64,000 nt of DNA from Spirochaetota bacterium (GTDB lineage: Bacteria; Spirochaetota; UBA12135; COTS27; CAXSBA01). The notes under the pieces are model-generated. The model searched no databases. It was not told the DNA's origin and was given only the letters and a program-made list of their open reading frames with translations. This document shows, piece after piece, positions 47,223 through 56,333 of this stretch. The position numbers and the translations under genes are program-made. Each line of letters starts with the position of its first letter. The first letter of the stretch is position 1. The stretch is taken from positions 24,730 to 88,729 of the forward strand of contig OZ255710.1 in NCBI GenBank assembly GCA_965277105.1. Reading direction: 5' to 3'.

Positions 47223-48130
47223 TAGTTTAAAATAGCTAAAACATTTTTTACTTCTACTAGGGAACCCATAATAATAGAAGTAGTTTGGAAATAATTAATT
47301 ATCGGAATATCTAGGATATTTTCGCCATCTTGGTTAACCGCTAGTCCATTTTGCTCACTAATTAAAAAAGCTAAAGGAGCGCATTCAAAGGCTAATCGTA
47401 GTTTGTCTTTTTGTAGTGGAGAAGCCATATAAAGGAAAATTCCTTGTCCGTCAGAAATAATTTTATGGAAATCAGCAACTAAACAGCCAGTATAACGCAA
47501 AGTTTTTTGACTTTTTATAAAATAACCCAAAACTTCTTTTATTCTAGGGTCTTGAGCGCAAGCACGAAAATTACCAAAAGAGAAGTTCTTGCTTTGCGGT
47601 GAGAGTTTTTGAATTTTTTCTGGAATTATTTCTCCGTTATTTTTGATACTAAAAGAAAGGGCGTCTTTTCCTCTGATAGTAATGACGAAATTTAAATTAA
47701 TCCCATAAGTCATATAAGCTACTGCTAGCAAATCTTTCCCTTTTTGATTAATAATATCATTAGTTTCCCAAATGGCAAATATAGAGCCTATAGTCAAATT
47801 ATTCTTCATCAAAGAACTCCCATCTAGTGGATCATAAGCCACAAAATAAGGGGCCTGAGAATCAACTTTAATGCTGCTTTTTACTTCTTCACTAAAGATA
47901 GTATTCACTAAGTTGGTCCCCAATAAATTTTTTTGAATGATGTCATCGGCTAGTAAATCAATTGCTAACTGCTTTTCTCCAAAAAAATTCACATCTCCTT
48001 TTTCTTGAAATAAGTTTCCTTCTTTTCTAAGGAGTAAATTAATAGCTTTGCCGGCCTGAAAAATGCTAGTTAGAAGTTGGATTAATGTTTTTTGGGGATA
48101 ATCTAAAAAAGATGAGAAATCCTGTTGCAT
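47222..48130 (-). CDS. fbp: Fructose-1,6-bisphosphatase, class 1
   Basis: 302 aa. AYDPLDGSS and GEKQLAIDLLADD motifs. Confidence 0.85.
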   Translation of the reverse strand: MQQDFSSFLDYPQKTLIQLLTSIFQAGKAINLLLRKEGNLFQEKGDVNFFGEKQLAIDLLADDIIQKNLLGTNLVNTIFSEEVKSSIKVDSQAPYFVAYDPLDGSSLMKNNLTIGSIFAIWETNDIINQKGKDLLAVAYMTYGINLNFVITIRGKDALSFSIKNNGEIIPEKIQKLSPQSKNFSFGNFRACAQDPRIKEVLGYFIKSQKTLRYTGCLVADFHKIISDGQGIFLYMASPLQKDKLRLAFECAPLAFLISEQNGLAVNQDGENILDIPIINYFQTTSIIMGSLVEVKNVLAILN

Positions 48131-48136
48131 TATTTT

Positions 48137-49033
48137 TTAAAAGCCGAAAAGTTTGACTTCCCTTTCTAGAATAATATTTTTGTTCTGGTAAACTTTTGTT
48201 CTTGCTAGTTCCATCAGTTTTATAATGTCTTCAGCCTTGCCTTCCCCGTGGTTAATGATAAAATTAGCATGCTTCTTGGAAAAAGAAACATTGCCTATTT
48301 TTTCTCCTTTTAATCCCACTTCTTCAATCAATTTTCCGGCAAAGTGGGGTAACGGGTTCTTGAAAGTAGAGCCTAAAGAAGGTTCATTAAGTGGTTGCTT
48401 GGCTTTCCTATTTTTTAAAATTAGTTGGTACTCTTTTTTTTTTGCTATTATCGTTTTTTCATCTCCTATTGGGAGAACAAACTTTGCGCTATAGATAAAC
48501 TCATTTTCTTTTACATTAGATCCACGGTAAACTAAGGCTAAATCTTTAGTAGGGACTATTTTTAAATTCCCATCTCGGTAAATTTCTACCTCATGAAGAA
48601 AGTTTTTTATTTCTCCTTCAGGAGTCCCTGCATTCATCACTACGGCTCCCCCAATGCTCCCGGGAATCCCCGTTAAAAATTCTAATCCGTATAAATTATT
48701 TTTATGGGCGAAAGTAACTGCTTTGTTAAGAGGCATACTAGCGGGAAATTCAATGGTGTTCTCATCGATTAGTTTTGGTTGTTCTTGTCCCCTCATCAAA
48801 ACCACCGGGTCAATGGTAGTTTGATTGATTAAGACATTGGAACCTTTCCCAATAACGATAAATTTTTTATCGTAGTATTTTAAAAGAGAAACTAACTTTA
48901 AGAAAGTTTCTCGATTATTAATGGTAATGAAATATTTTGCTGGTCCCCCTAATTGGAGGTAGGATATTTTTGCTAAAGAAAAATTAAAATGAACACTTTT
49001 CCCGGCTAATTTTATTAATTCTTTTTCTAACAT
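48137..49033 (-). CDS. murB: UDP-N-acetylenolpyruvoylglucosamine reductase
   Basis: 298 aa. IGKGSNVL, GIPGSIGGAVVMNAG, LGSTFKNP. Confidence 0.92.
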   Translation of the reverse strand: MLEKELIKLAGKSVHFNFSLAKISYLQLGGPAKYFITINNRETFLKLVSLLKYYDKKFIVIGKGSNVLINQTTIDPVVLMRGQEQPKLIDENTIEFPASMPLNKAVTFAHKNNLYGLEFLTGIPGSIGGAVVMNAGTPEGEIKNFLHEVEIYRDGNLKIVPTKDLALVYRGSNVKENEFIYSAKFVLPIGDEKTIIAKKKEYQLILKNRKAKQPLNEPSLGSTFKNPLPHFAGKLIEEVGLKGEKIGNVSFSKKHANFIINHGEGKAEDIIKLMELARTKVYQNKNIILEREVKLFGF

Positions 49034-49100
49034 ATGATGTAACTATCAATAAATTAAACATTTATTAGTTATTTAAAATTTTTAAAATTAAATTAGTCAA

Positions 49101-50090
49101 TTAGCTTAAGGTGTTTTCTGGCACTTTTTTAATTTGTTCTTTTTTTCCTTGTTTTTTTTTTGATAGTTTTTCTGATTTGACGTCTTGATAAATTTTCTTA
49201 GGGACTGGCCTTAAATCGTAAATAATTCCCAAAGCCGCTAATGCTCTAAGGCCATAATAAGTAGGATCGAGTTCCCACCAATAAAACCCTTGCCTTACAG
49301 TGCCAGGGTAGTAATGATGATTATTGTGCCACCCTTCTCCTAAGGTAATTAACGATAAAACAAAGTTGTTTCTACTATCGTCATTGGTTTTAAATCTTCT
49401 CTTCCCCCAAATATGAGAAAGTGAATTAATAGTAACTGTTCCGTGAAAAAGCAAAACCGAAGAGATAAAAAATCCCCATATGAGTAGTTGAAATCCATTA
49501 GTCCCTAGGCCGGGGAAATAAACTTCTAGGCCATAACCTAAAAAAAATATAATAGAACCGGTTAGTATAGGAACTAGAGAGTCAAATTTATTTAAAAAAA
49601 CCAACTCTTTGTATTTAGCAAAATCTTGAATCAATTCATATTTCGTAGGATAGGCTCCATTGCTACAAATCCACCCAACATGGCTCCATAAAAACCCTTT
49701 TTTAGGGGTGTGAAAATCCTCTTCGGTATCAGAATGGCGGTGATGATGCCTGTGATGAGCGGCCCACCATAACGCGCCTCTTTGCACGCAACTGGCTCCT
49801 AGTAAAGCAAACATAAATTGCCAAAAGCGATTGGTTTTGAAAGTTTTATGCGAGAAGTAGCGGTGATAAAACCCAGTAATAGCAAACATTCTAATAAGAT
49901 AAAACCCCAAACAGAATAGAAGAGCAAATGGACTCCAGCCAGCCCAAAAGACCAATATGCAAGCCAAGTGAAGTAGGATAAAAGGACTTACTCGAATAAA
50001 ATTAATTTTATTAAAATCGTCTTTACTGAAAACGGTGTTTTGGTCATCATTCCATAACCAATTTGCAATTATTTTTTTTGTTTTGTTCAT
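49101..50090 (-). CDS. Acyl-CoA/acyl-lipid delta-9-type fatty acid desaturase
   Basis: 329 aa. Three His boxes: HRYFSH, HHRHHHRHSD, HNNHH. Confidence 0.88.
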   Translation of the reverse strand: MNKTKKIIANWLWNDDQNTVFSKDDFNKINFIRVSPFILLHLACILVFWAGWSPFALLFCLGFYLIRMFAITGFYHRYFSHKTFKTNRFWQFMFALLGASCVQRGALWWAAHHRHHHRHSDTEEDFHTPKKGFLWSHVGWICSNGAYPTKYELIQDFAKYKELVFLNKFDSLVPILTGSIIFFLGYGLEVYFPGLGTNGFQLLIWGFFISSVLLFHGTVTINSLSHIWGKRRFKTNDDSRNNFVLSLITLGEGWHNNHHYYPGTVRQGFYWWELDPTYYGLRALAALGIIYDLRPVPKKIYQDVKSEKLSKKKQGKKEQIKKVPENTLS

Positions 50091-50151
50091 TATTTTTTTC
50101 TTTATTGAGAAGATTTTTTAAAAAAAAGCAAATATAGGGTTGAGAATATTT

Positions 50152-50236
50152 TACTCTTTTTATATAATACGTGATATATATTATATTATAATAATACAAA
50201 ACATACTTTTTTTTTATATTTTTTATAAAAAGAGTA
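50152..50236. repeat. Perfect 13-nt inverted repeat in the divergent desaturase promoter region
   Basis: TACTCTTTTTATA (50152-50164) and TATAAAAAGAGTA (50224-50236), 59-nt spacer. Read towards each gene, both desaturases are preceded by the same TATAAAAAGAGTA. Confidence 0.8.
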
Positions 50237-50287
50237 TTTTTAGTTGTTTTTATTTTTTTTAGGTTGATTAAAGGAAATAATATAAAA

Positions 50288-51271
50288 ATGATACGACAAC
50301 CAGAATGGATTAAAGAGTGTTTGAAGATCAGCAAAAAATTCAATTACAAAACAAAAAATCATTTCTTCCACAATGCCATTAACCTTTTTTGTACTTTTAT
50401 TCTACTAGCTATTATGGCTGTGCTTACTATTTTGCCGTTATATTTTCAAGTTACGATTACAACGGGAATTATTTATTTTGTTTTAGGGGGAATTATCTTG
50501 GGGCAAGCTGCTTTTGGTTTATTTATTTTAATCGTCCATGAAGCCTCTCATAATATGTACTTACTTAGTCGGAATTCGTCATTACAACATTCTCTTAATC
50601 GTCTTTCGGGTTGGTTAGTCTGCATTCCTTTAGCTGTGAACTATATAAAGCACTGGGAAAAGGGACATCTAGAGCACCACTTAAGGCCACTAGAAGAAAG
50701 CGATCCTCAGGCTTATAATCGTTTAACTGGTAAAAAACTTTTCAAAACTATCTTGGGGTTGGCTTTTATTCCAGGTTATGCCTATGTTTTTCGTTACTTA
50801 AATAAAGAAAAGTCTAGAAAAGGTCATACGAATAACTGGTTGCAGGTATGTTTTTTTATTTTTTGGATTTCTCTTATCGTGACAGCTAGTTTGTTTATTC
50901 ATTGGATTGTGGCTATTACCTATGTTTTTGCTCTTCAAGTGCTGATGATTTTTAATCAAATCAAAGGTTCTTTAGAGCATGGTGGGGAAGTTGCTTTTCA
51001 TGAAAATCCTTTTTTACGTTCTCGTACTAGTTTTTTCCTTTTAAGGAATTTTTTTCTGCCATTTAATATTAGTCTGCACTTTGAGCATCACCTTAATTTT
51101 GTTATCCCTTGGTATAACTTAGTTGATTATCATAAAGAAATTAACCAGGTAGTCCCAGTAAATTTAAGAGAGCAAATTTTTAATACAAATATATTGGAAC
51201 AGCTAAAGGGAAGATTAAAGCAGATTAACGAAAATCCTAACTCCACTAACGATCTTTTATTACGTGGATGA
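50288..51271 (+). CDS. Membrane fatty acid desaturase (second, non-delta-9-type family member)
   Basis: His boxes HEASH, HLEHH, HFEHH. The ORF track starts at TTG 50264. ATG 50288, preceded by AAAGGAA, seems the more likely start. Confidence 0.8.
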   Translation: MIRQPEWIKECLKISKKFNYKTKNHFFHNAINLFCTFILLAIMAVLTILPLYFQVTITTGIIYFVLGGIILGQAAFGLFILIVHEASHNMYLLSRNSSLQHSLNRLSGWLVCIPLAVNYIKHWEKGHLEHHLRPLEESDPQAYNRLTGKKLFKTILGLAFIPGYAYVFRYLNKEKSRKGHTNNWLQVCFFIFWISLIVTASLFIHWIVAITYVFALQVLMIFNQIKGSLEHGGEVAFHENPFLRSRTSFFLLRNFFLPFNISLHFEHHLNFVIPWYNLVDYHKEINQVVPVNLREQIFNTNILEQLKGRLKQINENPNSTNDLLLRG

Positions 51272-51336
51272 TGGTTCTTTATTTTTTTAGATAAATTTTG
51301 AATAAAAATTAAAAGTTATAGTATAATTACACTACT

Positions 51337-51936
51337 ATGTCGGGTTATATTGGTCCTAAAAATAAAATTGCTAGAAGATTTAACACCAACTTATGGGGAA
51401 GAAATAAAAATCCCATTGTTGCGAGTAAGCGTAAAAAGATTGGTAAAAAAAAGTCAGAATATGGAATTCGCTTAGATGAAAAACAAAAGTTAAAATATTT
51501 TTACGGAGGAATTCGTGAAAAACAGTTTCGTTTTTACTATTTAAAATCTAGAAAAAAGGGTGGCAACATTGGTAATACTTTTTTGCAATTTCTAGAGTTG
51601 CGTTTAGATGTGGTGGTTTACCGGCTTAATTTAGCACCTACTATTTTTGCCAGTCGGCAGCTCGTTAGTCATGGGCACATTTTAGTAGATGGCAAAAAAG
51701 TAGATGTGCCTTCTTACTTGGTTCAAGAAGGAAGTGAAGTTACTTTAAAAGAAAAGTCAAAAGATTTAATTTTAGTGAAAGAGCATATAGAAAACCCTGA
51801 AAGGACTATCCCTAATTACTTTACCTTTTCTAAAGATACTTTGTCTGGTAAGCTGGAGCGAAAGCCAGAACGCGAAGATATTTCTTATCCTTTTTTGCTA
51901 AACGAATCATTTATTGTCGAGTTTTATTCAAAGTAA
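51337..51936 (+). CDS. rpsD: 30S ribosomal protein S4
   Basis: 199 aa. LELRLDVVVYRL, SRQLVSHGHILVDGKKVDVPSY (S4 RNA-binding domain). Confidence 0.95.
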   Translation: MSGYIGPKNKIARRFNTNLWGRNKNPIVASKRKKIGKKKSEYGIRLDEKQKLKYFYGGIREKQFRFYYLKSRKKGGNIGNTFLQFLELRLDVVVYRLNLAPTIFASRQLVSHGHILVDGKKVDVPSYLVQEGSEVTLKEKSKDLILVKEHIENPERTIPNYFTFSKDTLSGKLERKPEREDISYPFLLNESFIVEFYSK

Positions 51937-51980
51937 TTTTTCTTTTAATTTAGTTTTTAATAAACTCTTCAACAACAAGA

Positions 51981-53027
51981 ATGCGTCAAAAAAAAAATCA
52001 AATAAAGTTTATTTTAGTAGTATTTTTTGCTATTAGTATCACAATTATCATTATGAGTAATTTACTTTCAAAAAACAATTATCAAGAATTAAAAGACGGT
52101 TTATATGCAGTTATGGGAACGAGTAAGGGAGATATCCTTTTAAAGCTAGACTTTGAAAAAGCCCCGCTTACTGTCGCTAATTTTGTTGGCTTAGCAGAAG
52201 GGACTATCGATTCGACGAAATCCCCTAAACCTTTTTACGATGGACTTACCTTTCATCGGGTAGTAGATGATTTTGTTATTCAAGGAGGAGATCCTCTAGG
52301 AAATGGAACTGGTGGTCCAGGGTATTCTTTCCCTGATGAATTTCACTCAGATTTAAAGCATCAAAAAGCAGGTATATTATCTATGGCTAATGCCGGGCCT
52401 AACTCTAATGGGAGTCAGTTTTTCATCACCTTAAATGAGACGCCTTGGCTTGATAATAAGCATTCCATTTTTGGCGAAGTGGTTGAAGGAATGGAAGTGG
52501 TTAAAAAAATTCAAGAAGGCGACACTATCCAAAAAGTTACGGTTTTACGGAATGGAAAAGCTGCTAAAAATTTTAAAGTAGATCAGAATTTTTTTAATGA
52601 CTTAAAAAAACAAGTTACGCAAAAAAATCAAGAAGCAGATGCTGAGAAAATTCAAAAAGTTATCAAGAAATTTTTCCCTAACCCAAATAAAGCAAAGGAA
52701 AGTGCAAGTGGAATTTATTATGAAATCCTTCAAGAAGGGACTGGTAATCCTCCAGCTAAGGGTAAAAGTCTTAGCGTTCATTATGCAGGGAAATTAACGA
52801 GTGGCCAAGAATTCGATAGTTCTTATCGGAGGAATCAGCCGTTTAGTTTTGTTTTAGGGGAAGGAAGAGTGATTAGAGGCTGGGAAGAAACCCTTGCGCA
52901 AATGAAAAAAGGAGAAAAGCGAATAGTACTTTTGCCACCAGATATGGCTTATGGAGCGGGAGGTGCAGGGAATGTCATTCCCCCTAATGCGCATTTGATT
53001 TTTGAAATTGAACTAATTGATTTTTAA
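51981..53027 (+). CDS. Dual-family peptidyl-prolyl isomerase: membrane anchor or signal, then cyclophilin domain, then FKBP domain
   Basis: 348 aa. Cyclophilin FHRVVDDFVIQGGDP..SMANAGPNSNGSQFFIT; FKBP VHYAGKL..GQEFDSS..VIRGWEE..PPNAHLIFEIELIDF. Confidence 0.88.
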   Translation: MRQKKNQIKFILVVFFAISITIIIMSNLLSKNNYQELKDGLYAVMGTSKGDILLKLDFEKAPLTVANFVGLAEGTIDSTKSPKPFYDGLTFHRVVDDFVIQGGDPLGNGTGGPGYSFPDEFHSDLKHQKAGILSMANAGPNSNGSQFFITLNETPWLDNKHSIFGEVVEGMEVVKKIQEGDTIQKVTVLRNGKAAKNFKVDQNFFNDLKKQVTQKNQEADAEKIQKVIKKFFPNPNKAKESASGIYYEILQEGTGNPPAKGKSLSVHYAGKLTSGQEFDSSYRRNQPFSFVLGEGRVIRGWEETLAQMKKGEKRIVLLPPDMAYGAGGAGNVIPPNAHLIFEIELIDF

Positions 53028-53058
53028 AAAGTTTATTCTCGAGCTTTTTTAAAATTGA

Positions 53059-54489
53059 ATGCCTAATTTTTTAGAGTATTTCGATTATTCTAATAAAAAA
53101 AATTCACTTTTTAATTTATCACAAAAAATAAACTACTTTTATCATTCTCATAAAAAAAATAAAAGTAATGGTTTTTTAGTTTTCAAATTTCTTTTTTTTA
53201 AAAAAAATAACAAATATAAAACTATTCGAGTTCTTGTTAGCTTTTATAATTCTTCCCAACTAAATAACTGCTATTTTTTTTTCTTACCTAGTGATGAAAG
53301 CTATTGGCAAAATTTTAAATTTTTTTTTTTTGCAGAAAAGAATTTTAATGAATGCCAAAAAAAACTGAGAAAAGAATTCCCTGGATTTAATCCTTTAAGC
53401 GGATTTTTTCTTCAACCAATTGTAATTGCAAAACCTTGGGGCCAAGAGATTTGGTTTACGGGTATAGAAAAGCGTGGAGTAAGCTGGGCTCAAAGTAATT
53501 TTTCTACTAAACTTGTTCCTCTAGATGAAGTGCTTTTTGTCAATCAATGCTTTACTTTCCTACATGGTGGTTATATTAAAGACAAAGTCCCATTGCTTTT
53601 AAAAATCCTAAAACCGCTACCTGATAAAATTTATGGTCAACTTTATTATGAGCTTCATGAAAAAAAAAAAGAAGTCTATATTATTAGTAAAGTAAATAAA
53701 AAAATTTATTCTAAGGGTGTTGGCAAAATTCGTTTAGGGTTTAATCCAAACAAATTAAAAGAATTTAAAAACTTCCAACTTTTTTTAAAAGCTAAATTAA
53801 AAGCAGCTTGGGCTTATAAAAAAATTAGGTTTCAAATTGATAAAAAAATTCCTTATCCTCAAGCAGTAAATGATCCTAAAAGCTATCTTAATCATCTAAA
53901 AAAGTGGTTTAAAAAAATCCCTTTAGTAGAAAAAAAATCAGAAAAAAAAGCAAGAGAAGAATTAGAATCATTTAGTAACTATCTAGATTTAAAGGTAGGA
54001 GACGTCGTTACTATTAATGCTAAAACCCCGCATGCCTTACAAGGAGGAGTGGAAGCGATAGAGTTCCAAACTCCTCATTATGAAAGGTTGATTATTGCTT
54101 ACCCACAAAAAGTCCTTACTCAAAATCATTGGAACATTACTAAGGCTTTTCAAGTCATGCGAAAAAATATTCAATTGCCTAAAAAAAATATTGTAAAAAA
54201 TAATGATGATATTTGCATTGAAAAATGCGTCGCCTTTTCTGATTTTCAAGTTTATAAAATTTTTTTTAAACAAATTAAAATGTATAATATTGTTGAGTAT
54301 TTCAAAGTTGTTAGAAAAGAAATTATTATTTTTAACTTGAGTACTGATATAGCTATTTTATTAGAAGGCAAAAGAAAGACGCTGAAAAAAAATACCACTT
54401 ATCTTTTCCCTATTCCTATGGTAAAAGCTAAAAAAACATTTTTAGAAAATCAAAGCAAAAATTTAGGATATGTTTTAATTGGTTTTTAA
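53059..54489 (+). CDS. Hypothetical protein with cupin/phosphomannose-isomerase-like core
   Basis: 476 aa. A low-complexity F/K/N-rich 110-aa N-terminus, then KPWGQEIWFTGIEKRG and HALQGGVEAIEFQTP blocks resembling type I PMI-like cupins. Confidence 0.4.
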   Translation: MPNFLEYFDYSNKKNSLFNLSQKINYFYHSHKKNKSNGFLVFKFLFFKKNNKYKTIRVLVSFYNSSQLNNCYFFFLPSDESYWQNFKFFFFAEKNFNECQKKLRKEFPGFNPLSGFFLQPIVIAKPWGQEIWFTGIEKRGVSWAQSNFSTKLVPLDEVLFVNQCFTFLHGGYIKDKVPLLLKILKPLPDKIYGQLYYELHEKKKEVYIISKVNKKIYSKGVGKIRLGFNPNKLKEFKNFQLFLKAKLKAAWAYKKIRFQIDKKIPYPQAVNDPKSYLNHLKKWFKKIPLVEKKSEKKAREELESFSNYLDLKVGDVVTINAKTPHALQGGVEAIEFQTPHYERLIIAYPQKVLTQNHWNITKAFQVMRKNIQLPKKNIVKNNDDICIEKCVAFSDFQVYKIFFKQIKMYNIVEYFKVVRKEIIIFNLSTDIAILLEGKRKTLKKNTTYLFPIPMVKAKKTFLENQSKNLGYVLIGF

Positions 54490-54496
54490 GAAGAAA

Positions 54497-55213
54497 TTAT
54501 TGCCGAGGAATCTCAAAAATAAGGAAGTTACTTTTTTCTTTCGCGTTTAAAATAATTTGATTTTCCTCTTCTTGAAAATCAATAGCTAAGGCATCTCGTT
54601 TTTGCAATTCCCTTTCCCCAATAGTAATTTTCCCAGCTAAGTTAAAAACATATAGCAAATTATTTTTAATATTGTTGGTGTAAGTAATGCTTTCTCCTTC
54701 TTCATAGTTTCCCCAAATGATAAAAGCGTCTTGTAAGATACTAACGGTTTTGGAGATAGTCCCGTTACTCGCCAAAGGGAGTAGGTTGTTTTTTTTAGTG
54801 AAGTCAAATTCTTTTTGCTCATATCGAGGGGGAGTATTTTTTTTTCGTGGGACAATCCAAATTTGTAAAAAATCGCATTCTTCGCTGAGAGATCCATTGA
54901 ATTCACTATGACGAATCCCCGAGCCAGCACTCATCATTTGGACGTCTTTATTTGATAGGGTACCTTCATTCCCAGCACTATCTTTGTGAATCAATTTGCC
55001 TTTTAAAGGGATAGAGATAATCTCCATATTTTTATGTCCATGTTCCCCAAATCCAGTACCTCCTTTAATGCTGTCGTCATTAAGGACCAATAAAGTTCCC
55101 CAGCTTACTTTGTTATGAACATAATAATTACCAAAACTAAAGCTATGTTTAGAGTTAAGCCAATCTAACTCAGTTTTTCCGCGTTCATTAGCTGGGTGAA
55201 AAATAGTTTTCAT
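54497..55213 (-). CDS. Pirin-family protein (YhhW-like)
   Basis: 238 aa. HSFSFGNYY, FGEHGHKNMEIISIPL, MSAGSGIRHSE. Confidence 0.88.
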   Translation of the reverse strand: MKTIFHPANERGKTELDWLNSKHSFSFGNYYVHNKVSWGTLLVLNDDSIKGGTGFGEHGHKNMEIISIPLKGKLIHKDSAGNEGTLSNKDVQMMSAGSGIRHSEFNGSLSEECDFLQIWIVPRKKNTPPRYEQKEFDFTKKNNLLPLASNGTISKTVSILQDAFIIWGNYEEGESITYTNNIKNNLLYVFNLAGKITIGERELQKRDALAIDFQEEENQIILNAKEKSNFLIFEIPRQ

Positions 55214-55271
55214 TTTTATCTCCTTTTTTCAAAGAATAAGTTTTTTTATTTGAAAAGTCAAGGTTGCAATT

Positions 55272-56330
55272 TTAGCTTGTGATTTGATTTATGATTTCCT
55301 TTCGAATATCTTTTTTGGGCTTTAGGCTTGAGATTGAGTTTTTTAGGTTTATTTTTTTTTTGATTAAGTTAAGGGAGAGATCGGTTAATTGATTTTCTAA
55401 AATGATAGTAGCATTAATCATTTTTTTTGCAGCTAAGGCATTATAATACTGTTCGTTTTTTTGGGCTATTTTTAAGGGAATGAAAATAACTTTTTTCTTG
55501 AAAAAAAGGCATTCATTGACTATCCCCGCACCTGCTCGAGTGATAATTAAATCAGCCTCTTTTAAAAATCCTACCCATTCTTTTTGACGAAGGAAAGCTA
55601 AAGGATAATAATTTTTATTTTTCAATTTTACAAAATTAGCAAAATCTTTTTCTCCTGTTTGATGAACAACAAAATATTTTTCAGAAAGTTGTTTAAGATT
55701 TTCCTTAACCCAGTTATTGATTAAACTAGAACCATTACCTCCGCCAGTGATTAAAATTTTTTTTCTTTTTACCTGAGAAAAATTTTTCTTATCATGCTTG
55801 GTAAAAAAAGCATCTCTTAAAGGATAACCGGTAACGATAGATTTTTGAGGTGGATAATATTCTTTTGATTCAGCGAAAGAGAGAAAAATTTTTTTAGCAA
55901 AAAAAGTAGTTAGATAATTGGCTAATCCTCTTCTCGTCGTTTGCTCATGAAGAAAAACTGGTATACCCAAAAGGTAAGCTGCAGTTGCTGGAGGTAGAGC
56001 GACAAATCCACCAGTGCTTAAAAAAATATTTTTTTTACTATTTTTTTTGTATTTTAGAAGAAAGTAAAAGCTCAAAAAAAACGAAAAAAAAACTTTGAAA
56101 ATATCAATGAAATTTTCTAAACTAAAATATCTCCGTAATTTTCCTGCTGGAATAGAAAAGTAAACATTCACTTCCTGCTCTAACAATGTTTTTTCAATTC
56201 CTGCTTTTCGCCCAAAGCAAAAGATTTTCTTATCCTCTTTAGAAAGTTTTTGGTTAAAAGCTTGGACTAAACTAAGCAAAGGAATAGCGTGCCCCCCGCT
56301 TCCTCCTCCCGCGATAAATAGTTGGATCAT
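55272..56330 (-). CDS. murG: UDP-N-acetylglucosamine--N-acetylmuramyl-(pentapeptide) pyrophosphoryl-undecaprenol N-acetylglucosamine transferase
   Basis: 352 aa. AGGGSGGHAIP, TGGGNGS, RAGAG. Confidence 0.88.
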   Translation of the reverse strand: MIQLFIAGGGSGGHAIPLLSLVQAFNQKLSKEDKKIFCFGRKAGIEKTLLEQEVNVYFSIPAGKLRRYFSLENFIDIFKVFFSFFLSFYFLLKYKKNSKKNIFLSTGGFVALPPATAAYLLGIPVFLHEQTTRRGLANYLTTFFAKKIFLSFAESKEYYPPQKSIVTGYPLRDAFFTKHDKKNFSQVKRKKILITGGGNGSSLINNWVKENLKQLSEKYFVVHQTGEKDFANFVKLKNKNYYPLAFLRQKEWVGFLKEADLIITRAGAGIVNECLFFKKKVIFIPLKIAQKNEQYYNALAAKKMINATIILENQLTDLSLNLIKKKINLKNSISSLKPKKDIRKEIINQITS

Positions 56331-56333
56331 TTT

